Shown one piece after another: positions 46,333 through 55,414 of a DNA stretch of 64,000 nt. Both the position numbers and the translations under genes were made by a program. This DNA is from a virus. Its lineage: Duplodnaviria > Caudoviricetes. The stretch spans positions 2,188 to 66,187 of IMG/VR virus record IMGVR_UViG_3300028840_002847. The stretch is one strand, 5' to 3'. A model generated the notes under the pieces. It worked only from the letters and a program-made list of their open reading frames with translations. It had not been told where the DNA came from and ran no database searches. The stretch's first letter is position 1; every line of letters starts with the position of its first letter.

Positions 46333-46492
46333 TTTGGTCCTCCTTTAGGACATAGCCTGATTGATTTAACGCCTTATAGATTTGCCGCTTTACCGAAAGG
46401 TAGGCGTCTTCCCTCTCAGGGCATTTTGACCATTGTGTCCATACCCTCTTTATAACCATATCGAGGGCATTAAGTTGTTGATCTATCGCCAT
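46322..46492 (-). CDS. small hypothetical protein (56 aa, not in ORF track)
   Basis: open frame MAIDQQLNALDMVIKRVW...; fills the gap in the operon. Confidence 0.5.
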   Translation of the reverse strand: MAIDQQLNALDMVIKRVWTQWSKCPEREDAYLSVKRQIYKALNQSGYVLKEDQNGE

Positions 46493-46637
46493 AAATTATT
46501 ATCCTTTTCCGGAGTTTCTCAGCCGGATAAAGTATTCGCCTGTTATCGGATCCTCCTTAATCCATTTCTCAGACAAGTTTTTAGATTTGCAGAAAATCTT
46601 GAGGCACCGCTTGCTATTAGAGCGCACTATGCCTCCC

Positions 46638-47063
46638 TTAACTGGTAACGGGTATTTTGCTCCCATTTTCGTCCTCCGTTATTACATGGCTAAGAGGTAT
46701 TAAAACCTCTGTGGTTCTTTCGGCGTTGGAAGTTCGCAGGATATTCTTCCCGTTCTTTATGCTGTATAATCCTGCCATTTTTATGCCGGGATAATACTGG
46801 TTAAAGTTTTTCCATTCAGATTTGAGCAGGTTCCATATTAAATAAAGCTCAAGGTCTTTGTGCAGGTTTATAGAGTATAGTCCCGTGGCAGAAACGGGGA
46901 TTTTTACTTCCTCCGTCCTGACTAAGTTGGCATCTTCAAGGACAGCATTCGCCTGTGTCCTATCGTAAGTCCCTGCGGCTCGTATATCCGTGGCATAACC
47001 AGCCCAGCCCGCCTTCCACCACGCCTGATTTTCTATGCTCCAAATATAATATTCATCTTCCAT
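46638..47063 (-). CDS. hypothetical protein with an internal tandem duplication
   Basis: two copies of Y.IW...W...AG.Y...N..RT.EV.IP.S. Confidence 0.6.
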   Translation of the reverse strand: MEDEYYIWSIENQAWWKAGWAGYATDIRAAGTYDRTQANAVLEDANLVRTEEVKIPVSATGLYSINLHKDLELYLIWNLLKSEWKNFNQYYPGIKMAGLYSIKNGKNILRTSNAERTTEVLIPLSHVITEDENGSKIPVTS

Positions 47064-47073
47064 TATCTGCTCC

Positions 47074-47547
47074 TTAGAAGGGCCACACTTTCGGGCAATC
47101 TTTTTTAACGTGGTCGAGGCTCCCGCAATGCTCGCAGGGGTCAATTTTATTCCTCATGAACCTCGTTATTTTATTCGCCGCCCTCTGGGTATAGGTTAAA
47201 GTTACTGGCTTACCGTCAGGCGGGTAGTCAACCGTAACGGGTTTATTGAGGTCTATGATATAGAACCGCTTGCCCCGCTTGGGCCTAACCTTTATTCGGC
47301 CTGCCGCTGTCGAGTGAACTTCCCACGACATCTGATCCCAAGGGTCGTAACCACCGGGATAAAATTCATGGATTTGGATAATTACTTCATCTCCTATGTC
47401 GTATAATTTTCCATAGTCAGGGCAGGTAATACGGGCCGTCAGCTTAACTCCCTTTACCGGGGCAAGGTCAGCCTTCAATCGTTGCCTGAAGGCGCAGTTC
47501 TGGCCCTGCAACGGGCAATCCTTACAGGTTGGTATGGTTATCCTCAT
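47074..47547 (-). CDS. hypothetical protein with C-terminal zinc knuckle
   Basis: CEHCGSLDHVKKDCP (CCHC). Confidence 0.6.
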   Translation of the reverse strand: MRITIPTCKDCPLQGQNCAFRQRLKADLAPVKGVKLTARITCPDYGKLYDIGDEVIIQIHEFYPGGYDPWDQMSWEVHSTAAGRIKVRPKRGKRFYIIDLNKPVTVDYPPDGKPVTLTYTQRAANKITRFMRNKIDPCEHCGSLDHVKKDCPKVWPF

Positions 47548-47903
47548 GCAGGTACGCTTTCCCTCTGCAGGTTCTCTTCCCGGATGGCGTCTAATAGCGC
47601 CCGCCTTTCTTCCTCGACTTTTTTAAGGTCGATCTCAAAGAACTCGGCCAGCAGTTCGTTTATGGTATAGAAGAAGGGCATAAGCGAACCGTTCTCGTAA
47701 CCGCATAGCGGCAACGGCTCCATCTGCTCATTGCCGTCGTCGTCGTGCCCTAAATAGCAACCGTCGTCATGGGTATGCCGCAGGCAGAGGGCCACCTTCT
47801 TTTTGCTTTCGAGCCAATCCAAAAACTCGCCTATCTTCTGGCTCTCATTCTTAACTGCACTCATTTTTTCAAGCTCCGGTGTCTCGACTTCCGATGCTTT
47901 CAT
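47544..47903 (-). CDS. phage hypothetical protein
   Basis: SQKIGEFLDWL...LLAEFFEID. Confidence 0.6.
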   Translation of the reverse strand: MKASEVETPELEKMSAVKNESQKIGEFLDWLESKKKVALCLRHTHDDGCYLGHDDDGNEQMEPLPLCGYENGSLMPFFYTINELLAEFFEIDLKKVEEERRALLDAIREENLQRESVPA

Positions 47904-47906
47904 TTT

Positions 47907-48116
47907 CTAATCCTCCTTCTTTTTGCGGAAAGAATCTGCCGCCGGGCAAGTTGCCCAATGTGGTGTATATGCCGTCACCATCATTCCATGAGGGCTATCT
48001 TCGCTTGATACTGCGACGATTGCCTTCGTCCCGGGCAAGTCAACAGGCATATTCTTTCCAGTTTTAACCATCTTAAACCATATTATTTCAGCCCCGCAAG
48101 ATTTACACTTCGCCAT
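47907..48116 (-). CDS. zinc-finger phage protein
   Basis: CKSCGAEIIW...MPVD...HWATCP. Confidence 0.65.
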   Translation of the reverse strand: MAKCKSCGAEIIWFKMVKTGKNMPVDLPGTKAIVAVSSEDSPHGMMVTAYTPHWATCPAADSFRKKKED

Positions 48117-48534
48117 AATTGATACCTCCTAAGATTTTCTTATCAGCGAGAGCGGCTATTACTTGCTCTGCCTTTTTGGCAACGATGCAGGTCCAGCCCC
48201 AATGGGTCGCAAGCTCAGCCCAATCCTTCTGGTCTTGAGAGGCGTACCCTTTAGGCTGTTTTAGCTCTATTGCCAGCTTATGGGAGTAGATAATGCAGTC
48301 GAATACCCCGGCTTTAACTCCTAGCTTCTTACCGAGGGCACCCGCCCGCATAGCCTTAACCCTATTAGCTTGCAAGGCACGCCGGTAGACGTTAGGTGAG
48401 GCGTGAAACCAAGCAAGCAGATTATATGCCGCTAGTGCATCAAGCACTTTAGCCGTAGCCATTTGAAAGTGGTCCTCCTTCGCCCACGTTGAGGCTTCAA
48501 TATAACCGTCTATAAGCGCTTCCAGTAACGTCAT
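48103..48534 (-). CDS. VRR-NUC nuclease
   Basis: H.SPN, GVKAGVFD, IELK..KG..S.DQ.DW. Confidence 0.8.
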   Translation of the reverse strand: MTLLEALIDGYIEASTWAKEDHFQMATAKVLDALAAYNLLAWFHASPNVYRRALQANRVKAMRAGALGKKLGVKAGVFDCIIYSHKLAIELKQPKGYASQDQKDWAELATHWGWTCIVAKKAEQVIAALADKKILGGINYGEV

Positions 48535-48713
48535 TTAAGACCCCCTTCAACTCTCAAGCAAACCTCCCCGCCCTCATCCTTGAAATAGGCAGCGCACTTT
48601 TCCTTTATACAGTCCTGAAACTCTGTAGTGTGGGAGCCAAACCTGATGGTATGAATTTCCCTCCCGGTTTCTTCAACGTTAATAATAACTTTAGGCATCC
48701 ACGGACATTTCAT
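48531..48713 (-). CDS. small Cys-containing protein
   Basis: MKCP...C.KEKCAAY...C. Confidence 0.55.
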   Translation of the reverse strand: MKCPWMPKVIINVEETGREIHTIRFGSHTTEFQDCIKEKCAAYFKDEGGEVCLRVEGGLK

Positions 48714-48901
48714 ATCTTGCCCTCCTTGGTTTTGGTCTGGTAAGTATCTTTAACCGCCTCAATAATAAACTTTATAGGCACTCCGACTCTGGTAGCTTGG
48801 GCGGCTTCAAGCAGTAAGTCGTGAGCATCTTCAATCGTCATGCAGCCTATGATTACCCCTCGCATAACCTCAAGCCGGAGAGCGTCCTCTTCAGTCCTCA
48901 T
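48710..48901 (-). CDS. hypothetical protein
   Basis: likely start MRTEED at 48901. Confidence 0.45.
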   Translation of the reverse strand: MRTEEDALRLEVMRGVIIGCMTIEDAHDLLLEAAQATRVGVPIKFIIEAVKDTYQTKTKEGKI

Positions 48902-49061
48902 TATCTTCATCTCCTTCGATTGGCTCAGGGGCGATAGACATATAAGACCCACAGCAGCCACAGCGCTTGAGAGTCTTATAGACAGGTTCGGCGGGATAAT
49001 CATACGCCTCGTTCCCGCACTGGTTGCAGACGAATAACTTCTTAAAGAGTCCGGTAAACAT
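48891..49061 (-). CDS. zinc-ribbon mini-protein (56 aa, not in ORF track)
   Basis: FVCNQCG...RCGCCGS; SD GGAGG. Confidence 0.55.
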   Translation of the reverse strand: MFTGLFKKLFVCNQCGNEAYDYPAEPVYKTLKRCGCCGSYMSIAPEPIEGDEDNED

Positions 49062-49063
49062 AT

Positions 49064-49258
49064 TTATCTCACCTCCCCGTATTTATTGAATAGTTTAGTA
49101 ACAATGAGTTTCTGCTTAGGAGAAAACCTTATATTTTCGCACGTGTCTCGGACGAACTTTTTCTCCCAAGCATTGAGTTTGACGTCCTTAGCTTTGGACG
49201 CCGCGAATAATGCTCTGAGGTAAGAGCTTCTATCTATGTCATATGAAAGCATAGACAC
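49064..49258 (-). CDS. hypothetical protein
   Basis: LNAWEKKFV...FSPKQ; SD GGAGG. Confidence 0.55.
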   Translation of the reverse strand: MSMLSYDIDRSSYLRALFAASKAKDVKLNAWEKKFVRDTCENIRFSPKQKLIVTKLFNKYGEVR

Positions 49259-49261
49259 CTC

Positions 49262-50359
49262 CTAGATATTAACTGCTCCGGCTAACGGTCTTTTACCGAG
49301 AGCCTTGCGCTCTTTATTCATAAAATATATTGCGACTCCTTTTTCGCATTCCATCTTCTTCATCCATTCCTCTATGTCCTTCTTGTCGCAATTCTTTCGC
49401 GCCCACTTACGGAACTCGATAGCTTCTTTCCTCACTCTCTCGTCCCGTTCGGCTTCCTCCTTAGCCGCTTGGCGCTTGCGGGCCTCGATGCTTTTCCGAG
49501 TCCGCTGTTCCTGTTGCTTTTCCTGATCGTTGACCCACTCCCAATGCTTCTTTTTCTCTCCCCGCTCCTTCCCTATCCTGTCCCTGACTACAAACCAATT
49601 GCGGAGTTGCAGCCGAGGATTGTTCTTCTTCTTAATCGGGTTATCGATCCACCAAGTTATCTTCTGCTTTATAGTCTCAACGAACTGGACAGGGCCGAAG
49701 TCTGCCATAATATCTAGCAGGAGCTTGGTATCGACTTCCTTCTCAAAAGGATAGTTCTTAACTGATTGGAGCAGGCGCAAGCAGTACCGAATGCCGGTAG
49801 GCAATTCTCTCTCGAATAACTCTGCCTGTTGGGGCATGGGTGCCTGTAGGTCTTTATTGGCTTGAAGTATTTCGTCGAGCTTCTTCATCAAGCCCCTCAA
49901 CGCCGCCGCTGTCGGCTTACCGCTCCCGCCTATCTCTGCCTCCCGTGTCTTAGCGTCATCTAGCATCTTAGAGAAGTTTGCCGGAAGGTGCTCCATGCAC
50001 TCAGGGAAGGACGGAAACATTGACAGGAGCCGCTTAATAGCCCCTATATGGGCGGCATTCCTAATAGTTAACCCGTTAGGGTCTTGCACTAATATATGGT
50101 CGTGCAGGTAAACTACTTCTCGCCGGAAAAAGACTTTATTATACTCCCCATCTTTTAAGGTGATAAGTTGGTCGAGCGCTTGCTCGGCTTCGGCCGGCGT
50201 TATTTTTATCTTGCTTGCTACAAACTCCGCGTCCCATTTATAAAAACCAGCCATATCACAAGAGCAATGAAGAAAGTCTTTGACGAGCTTCGCTAAAGGG
50301 GGGAGTTTCCAATGCCACGGGTCGTTCCACTTGTCGGCATCGACAAATCTTATTCGCAT
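49262..50359 (-). CDS. phage replication initiator (putative)
   Basis: N-terminal RFVDADKWNDPW..L...CDMAG typical of phage replisome organisers; C-terminal RLQLRNW; SD AAGGAGG. Confidence 0.65.
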   Translation of the reverse strand: MRIRFVDADKWNDPWHWKLPPLAKLVKDFLHCSCDMAGFYKWDAEFVASKIKITPAEAEQALDQLITLKDGEYNKVFFRREVVYLHDHILVQDPNGLTIRNAAHIGAIKRLLSMFPSFPECMEHLPANFSKMLDDAKTREAEIGGSGKPTAAALRGLMKKLDEILQANKDLQAPMPQQAELFERELPTGIRYCLRLLQSVKNYPFEKEVDTKLLLDIMADFGPVQFVETIKQKITWWIDNPIKKKNNPRLQLRNWFVVRDRIGKERGEKKKHWEWVNDQEKQQEQRTRKSIEARKRQAAKEEAERDERVRKEAIEFRKWARKNCDKKDIEEWMKKMECEKGVAIYFMNKERKALGKRPLAGAVNI

Positions 50360-50431
50360 AAGTTCCTCCTTTGAAGGGCTGAGGGGCTTTCGCAAGTTTG
50401 AGCGGCCACCCCTCGCCCTGATTTTCAATTG

Positions 50432-50689
50432 TTAAAAGGGTAATACACACTGCCCTCCAAAGGTCATACGGTACTGTGCGACGTGGCAATCGTTTCCGAA
50501 TCGGTCCCTCACCGTTACAGTGGGCGCTTGGATATCGAAGTCGGCAGGGTACTGTTTTCCCCTTTTATCCTTTATGCGGTAGATAACCGCGGACAGCCTA
50601 CTCGCTCCGAACATCTCCTTTGCCTTGTCTTGGGTGAGGGCTTTACCTTTTCGGAGGTACTCATAGATCATTCTTTCCTTCGTTGCCAT
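50432..50689 (-). CDS. winged-helix DNA-binding protein
   Basis: YLRKGKALTQ..A..MFG.SRLSAVIY. Confidence 0.7.
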   Translation of the reverse strand: MATKERMIYEYLRKGKALTQDKAKEMFGASRLSAVIYRIKDKRGKQYPADFDIQAPTVTVRDRFGNDCHVAQYRMTFGGQCVLPF

Positions 50690-51032
50690 TGGCGGCCTCC
50701 TGCTCTGCGATAAAGTCGGTTATCTCTTGAGGGATAAACAGCCCTCCCATGTCGGCAAGCTCAACTACTAGGCTTGCTAGCGGCAAGAGGACAGGGCTTA
50801 CCTTGGGTGTGCGCTTCCGGTAGAACCTCTTGCGGGCTGTAAACTTCACTCCCGCATACCGCAAGACCCCCTTCACGTTGCTCGGCGAAATCTTAAAGCC
50901 GAGTTCCTTGCTCATTGTCTTAGCAAGGTCTTCGCTATGAGGACGGGTAGCACATAGGTGCTCCTTGCGGTCTTTAACGTATTGGTCGCACGTTACCTTC
51001 TGCTCAAAATTGAGCGTGTTTCTTTTTGTCAT
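50661..51032 (-). CDS. putative DNA-binding protein
   Basis: LAKTMSKELGFKISPSNV HTH-like segment. Confidence 0.5.
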   Translation of the reverse strand: MTKRNTLNFEQKVTCDQYVKDRKEHLCATRPHSEDLAKTMSKELGFKISPSNVKGVLRYAGVKFTARKRFYRKRTPKVSPVLLPLASLVVELADMGGLFIPQEITDFIAEQEAANGNEGKNDL

Positions 51033-51061
51033 TATGTCCTCCAATTGTTATAGACTTGTTG

Positions 51062-51247
51062 TTACAAGCCTAAATTACGTCCCCAATGAAATATATATCC
51101 GCAGCCGCTCCGGCATATAGGAACTGTTTCAGCAACGGCTTGTTTTTCGGGAGTAGCATAAGAGCACCCGCAAACGGGGCACTCCCAAACCCGAGCCTCG
51201 TCTGAGTCGATATTATAATCGACGTTAATTTTTCGGTAATGCGGCAT
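51062..51247 (-). CDS. zinc-ribbon mini-protein
   Basis: WECPVCG...C.SGCG; SD AAGGAGG before ATG 51247. Confidence 0.55.
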   Translation of the reverse strand: MPHYRKINVDYNIDSDEARVWECPVCGCSYATPEKQAVAETVPICRSGCGYIFHWGRNLGL

Positions 51248-51270
51248 ATTGCCCTCCTTTAGGTTATTGA

Positions 51271-51406
51271 TATAGCTGTACCGGATTCCCCTACTCCGGC
51301 TCCCTTCTACTCGTCCCGTGATAGCTTGTGCTTTAGTAGAGCACACCGCAATGGAAACGATAACTGCGGCATCTAACCCCGGCGCTACTAACGCCGATCA
51401 GCTATA
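51271..51406 (-). ncRNA. candidate multi-branched structured RNA with complementary 7-nt loops
   Basis: 8-bp closing stem and four inner hairpins; loops TTAGTAG and CTACTAA are exact reverse complements. Confidence 0.6.
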
Positions 51407-51409
51407 ATT

Positions 51410-52555
51410 TTATTTAGGTAATTTTTCCTTAATGATGGTACTCGAAAGCCTAGTGGTTAACTTCTTTTCTCCTTCCCTGTTAAGGATATTAAGGACCTGT
51501 TCATTCTCAAGGGCAAGGCCCCTCAGAGCCGCCATGTCCGGTTTGAAGAACCGCATAGGCTCAATACCCAAAGTCTCAAGCGCCTCAAAGAGCGCCTTGG
51601 AATTGAGCTTCTTCCATGACACCGTTGAGGACCATCTATAAGACCTGCCAATGCTATTGAAGTCGCCTACGGCATCAGCATAGTCCCTGATAGCGCTGTT
51701 AGCGTCTTCCGCTATTGTCTTGGCTACCGAATAGTCCTCGACTACTTTATCTATCTCCTTTTGGTTTCTTGGAAAGGGATACCGCACCGGCTTCGCTCCT
51801 TTTTTCATAGCAGGGCAGTAATTCCTCACCCCACACCGCCGGCAATGGTCTCCAATCCTCGGTTTCCATTTTTTGTCCTCAGCTATCTGCGCCACCCGCG
51901 ACATGATTTTATCATGCAGCATGGGTAGTTGGTCCCGGGTGTAAACTACCGGGTCGGTAATATGCTCAAACCTTATAAAGTCAAAGTCGCAATATACCTC
52001 CTGCACCTGAGGATACTGGATAAGAACGGCCCACGAATAACACTCTATCTGGAACACGTCAGCTTTCATTTCATTGCTGGTCTTAACGTCCCGGATAAGG
52101 GCCATGTGTTTGTTAATCCACAGCCTGTCGAGTATCAGCCTAAACCATGCGTCGTCTGCAACCCAACCCGTCTCATCGAGGGAACTATTAAGGGCTATCC
52201 GCTCCTCAATACCGATAAGGCCTTTGAGGTCGAGTTCGTGGTAGGATACGTAAGACTCCATTAGCTGATAGACTTCTTCTTCAAGCTCTGAGGTTAAAGG
52301 AGGACTAGACAGGCCTATCGCTTTCTTTGCGCAAGCCTTCCAATCCCCTAGGGAGTGAGTTACTTTCTGCTTCCAGCAAACCGTGTCATAGAATGCTGTT
52401 GCTTCGTGAACGACACCGCCGAGCAGTAGCGGAGGTGCCATTACCTGCGGGCGCTTTTGGATATAGATGATATACCACGCCCGCGGGCACTCGTTATATT
52501 TCCTCAGCTTGCTATAAGAATAAGCTAAGGGTGGGTCTTTTTTCTTCTTTGCCAT
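51410..52555 (-). CDS. PD-(D/E)XK RecB/Cas4-like exonuclease
   Basis: SYSKL..Y.ECP, G.VVH, ILDRL...DVKTS, Q..CY, C..C....CP. Confidence 0.85.
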   Translation of the reverse strand: MAKKKKDPPLAYSYSKLRKYNECPRAWYIIYIQKRPQVMAPPLLLGGVVHEATAFYDTVCWKQKVTHSLGDWKACAKKAIGLSSPPLTSELEEEVYQLMESYVSYHELDLKGLIGIEERIALNSSLDETGWVADDAWFRLILDRLWINKHMALIRDVKTSNEMKADVFQIECYSWAVLIQYPQVQEVYCDFDFIRFEHITDPVVYTRDQLPMLHDKIMSRVAQIAEDKKWKPRIGDHCRRCGVRNYCPAMKKGAKPVRYPFPRNQKEIDKVVEDYSVAKTIAEDANSAIRDYADAVGDFNSIGRSYRWSSTVSWKKLNSKALFEALETLGIEPMRFFKPDMAALRGLALENEQVLNILNREGEKKLTTRLSSTIIKEKLPK

Positions 52556-52565
52556 TATAGCCTCC

Positions 52566-53672
52566 CTAGTTGTCCAATTGCCGGCGGTCGATCTCTTCGT
52601 TGATCGCCTTAACCATCTTCTCGACAGCTACTACCGGGTCTTTCTGTTTCTGGATCCATGCAGTCCAATGTTGGACCTGCTTCGCCTGAGAGTAGCCGAG
52701 GATAGCGTAACCCTCCCTTACTTCTTCCGGGATATCCTCATAGGCGACAGCCTTGGTCTCAATCTGCATCAACTCCGCTTTAAGCTGATCGAAGTCGCCG
52801 ACTTTGACCTCGTTAAGGCTCTTATACCCTAACTTATCAACCACTATCTGATGTAAGCCCTTGTGGTAGATACCCTTCTCGGCCGCTGTCGCTTCGAGGA
52901 AGCGCTTTTGACCGTCGGTGAGGAAGCGCACCTCTCTGTCATTGAGTTGCTTGACGTGGCTACCGCCGTCTAAGCGCTTAAACATCTCAATAATCTCAAG
53001 CTGTAAGGGGTAAGGGATAAGGGAGAGCCGAGCGTTGCGCTGGGCCTTGCTGACAGCCTTCTCAAACGCAAACGGATCATCAACTACTATCCGCTTCGCA
53101 TTGGCACCCTTGCCCTTCCATATGCTCTGCTTTTTCCATTGGCGCTTAGAACCGATAGCGCTGTCGAGCATCACCTCACCGCCACCGTTGCCGTTCCTGC
53201 AACCGCGCAGGTCGAACCTCCCAACCTGAACTACGGCCCGGATATATTCGGCGTCCTCTATAATGGTAGGAGTGCTGAGGACCCGGTAGGCAATGTCATA
53301 CTTGGTAAGCAGATGCTGGCAAGCCATCTCCACTCCCACCTTAGACAGCCCGAAGAGCTCTTTGCCCTTCGTCTTGAAGTGGTAGACATACTTATCAGCG
53401 AGTTGCCCTGCCATTGACAGAGCAATTTGGTGATCGTCTTCGGAGTCAAATACGAGGAAGGGTGTCGCATCTCCCCCGGAGGCTTTGACAATCTCCGTAG
53501 TCGAGGCCGCCTCAATAGCCTCCCATATTTTATCTTTGGCCCAAGACTTATTGACCGCAATGCCGGTTTCCGTGGCATATTCCAATAAGTCAGCCTTCTT
53601 TGAGTTCTTATTCACAGGCAGAACCGCACCTGTTTCTTCCTTTCCCTCGGCGGGGGCTTTCTTTTTAGTCAT
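52566..53672 (-). CDS. single-strand annealing protein (Rad52/Sak-like, putative)
   Basis: AFEKAVSKAQRNA helix; adjacent to the exonuclease gene. Confidence 0.55.
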   Translation of the reverse strand: MTKKKAPAEGKEETGAVLPVNKNSKKADLLEYATETGIAVNKSWAKDKIWEAIEAASTTEIVKASGGDATPFLVFDSEDDHQIALSMAGQLADKYVYHFKTKGKELFGLSKVGVEMACQHLLTKYDIAYRVLSTPTIIEDAEYIRAVVQVGRFDLRGCRNGNGGGEVMLDSAIGSKRQWKKQSIWKGKGANAKRIVVDDPFAFEKAVSKAQRNARLSLIPYPLQLEIIEMFKRLDGGSHVKQLNDREVRFLTDGQKRFLEATAAEKGIYHKGLHQIVVDKLGYKSLNEVKVGDFDQLKAELMQIETKAVAYEDIPEEVREGYAILGYSQAKQVQHWTAWIQKQKDPVVAVEKMVKAINEEIDRRQLDN

Positions 53673-53705
53673 GACCTGTCCTCCTTTTGGTCATTAGATT
53701 TAGGG

Positions 53706-54086
53706 TCAGTCATAAAAGTATGACGGTTTGACCCCCATTACTGCCGCTACCTTGCTTAAGGTTTGCGGAGAGACTCTACAGCCGTCGGAAAGTCTCGTTA
53801 TGATTCCGGCGGCATTATTTTCGGTCGTCCCTAGATGAATAGCAAGGTCCCTTACTTCCCACCCTAGCTGGACGAGTTTAGCTACGGGTTTTGGCACCCC
53901 TAGATACTTAGGAGTAACATTGAGAGCCTTACAAACTTGTCGCACCGTCGCATTAGATGGCCTTGAGCACATCTTAATCTGAACTGCTCGGTAAGGGCTC
54001 ACTTTCAAAGCCTTAGCAAAGCCCTTATCGTCCAATCCAAGTTCTTCTAGGCGGCGCTCAATAGCACCTACCCAATTGACATTCAT
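53706..54086 (-). CDS. tandem XRE-type HTH regulator
   Basis: two HTH units ending in VCKALNVTPKYL and VAAVMGVKPSYF. Confidence 0.75.
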   Translation of the reverse strand: MNVNWVGAIERRLEELGLDDKGFAKALKVSPYRAVQIKMCSRPSNATVRQVCKALNVTPKYLGVPKPVAKLVQLGWEVRDLAIHLGTTENNAAGIITRLSDGCRVSPQTLSKVAAVMGVKPSYFYD

Positions 54087-54118
54087 ATAATCACCTCCTT
54101 AGTGGTGTGTGGGCGAGC

Positions 54119-54148
54119 ATTATAAGAAGATATGTCCATAAAAGGCAA
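54119..54148 (-). promoter_or_regulatory. sigma70-like promoter for the regulator/recombination/replication operon
   Basis: TTGCCT-18-TATAAT on the minus strand with an A-rich upstream tract. Confidence 0.65.
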
Positions 54149-54241
54149 GAACTTTTTCTCCTTTTTTTGGTTTTAGTTGCAGGGCAACCTCGGTTCTCAA
54201 TTAAACTTGATTCGTTACCTTGGTCCTAGGCGTGCCTTGAT

Positions 54242-54934
54242 CTAGGCTTCTTCTATTTCTTGATTCTCTTCCGGGGACCAACCGTCGGGCAGATCGTCGC
54301 CGTAGGCTTTAAGCATGAACGTCATTGCCATTTCCCTGTCGCCCTTAGCTACTTTGACATACTCTTCAAAGGTAGCGTTATACTCAGCTACTCTTTGAGC
54401 TTCTGCCCGAGCAGCCTGAACCCTATTCCATACCACGTCGGATATCTTCTCCTTCTGGGAAGCAACCTTATCGTTGAAGGATTTAACGGCGTCATACTCT
54501 TCCCTTTTCTTCTTATGCAAGGTAAGAGTTTCGCTGAACCGGGTGAGGGGTTCGAGTTTATAGAGCACTTTATTTTCAATACTAAAGTCTCCGTCGATAG
54601 GCTGAGCATATTTATACTTATAGCCCAGTTTATAATCGTAGTCGGTCCCTATCGGGGTCATGCCCGTCAGGAACTTAACTACCTTTTCGGCGTCCGCCCG
54701 ATCAGCAAGCAGGATAATGTCGTGCCCTCCATGCTTGACCTGAAAGAGGGTCTCTCTCTCAAGCTCTTTATCAATCGAGTCCTCCGGGCGGGGCGGTAAT
54801 TCCTTAGGGAGTTTAATCCCTTCCTGAGCGCACCGAAAGTCTATGACTTCCTGTATCTCAGCGTCGGTTAATCTCAGGATGTCGCTGTCCTCAAGGTCGT
54901 CGAACCTCATTGCCAAAATTGCTTCCTCGTTCAT
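54242..54934 (-). CDS. phage hypothetical protein with coiled coil
   Basis: SD AAGGAGG before ATG 54934. Confidence 0.6.
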   Translation of the reverse strand: MNEEAILAMRFDDLEDSDILRLTDAEIQEVIDFRCAQEGIKLPKELPPRPEDSIDKELERETLFQVKHGGHDIILLADRADAEKVVKFLTGMTPIGTDYDYKLGYKYKYAQPIDGDFSIENKVLYKLEPLTRFSETLTLHKKKREEYDAVKSFNDKVASQKEKISDVVWNRVQAARAEAQRVAEYNATFEEYVKVAKGDREMAMTFMLKAYGDDLPDGWSPEENQEIEEA

Positions 54935-55057
54935 TATGTCCTCCTTTTTGCGGGGTATGGTCGCCCCGCGGTTGTTTAGGTTATTCTGACTCAACTTCTG
55001 TTTTGTAGAGCACCTCCTTTCTTCTTTTTGAAGAAGTGTGAAGAATTTATAAAAACC

Positions 55058-55106
55058 AGCCCCTTACCCTTCGGCAATATTTTATAAAAGTTTGGGGTAA
55101 GGGGCT
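55058..55106. repeat. 12-bp inverted repeat around an AT-rich core
   Basis: AGCCCCTTACCC (55058-69) / GGGTAAGGGGCT (55095-106). Confidence 0.7.
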
Positions 55107-55184
55107 CGGCACCTATCAGATCTGATGGGTTCGTCGCCAGTTCCGCCAGACCAGATCTGATCTGATTCTGACCCGATCAGTGTC

Positions 55185-55376
55185 CTACCGGGCCGTAGTC
55201 AACTGGTTGAACCGAAGCGTGCGCTTCTTTGTGGACTTCCTCCGGGAGTAGGTCCGCCGTCCCGCTTGCCGTGCTACTGGGAAACAGGGCTTGAAGGAAC
55301 CATAGCCGTTGCCATAGTCCTTCAAGAATAGATAGGCGTCCGTCCCAAAGTAAACCCGCTGTCCTTTTGTCAGCAT
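55185..55376 (-). CDS. small basic protein
   Basis: SD AAGGAGG. Confidence 0.55.
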   Translation of the reverse strand: MLTKGQRVYFGTDAYLFLKDYGNGYGSFKPCFPVARQAGRRTYSRRKSTKKRTLRFNQLTTAR

Positions 55377-55414
55377 CCTAGCCTCCTTGGTTAGGGTTGA
55401 GGGTTAGCTATTAT

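Noticed and set aside
46345-46442. Possible c-di-GMP-I-like riboswitch (GGTCAAAA...GAGA...GACGC on the minus strand)
   Set aside because: The second stem consensus is missing and the stretch lies in a clean 56-aa ORF (46322-46492)
51247-51346. N-terminal extension of ORF 51062-51346
   Set aside because: The strong SD lies before ATG 51247; the extension runs through the structured element and has no SD
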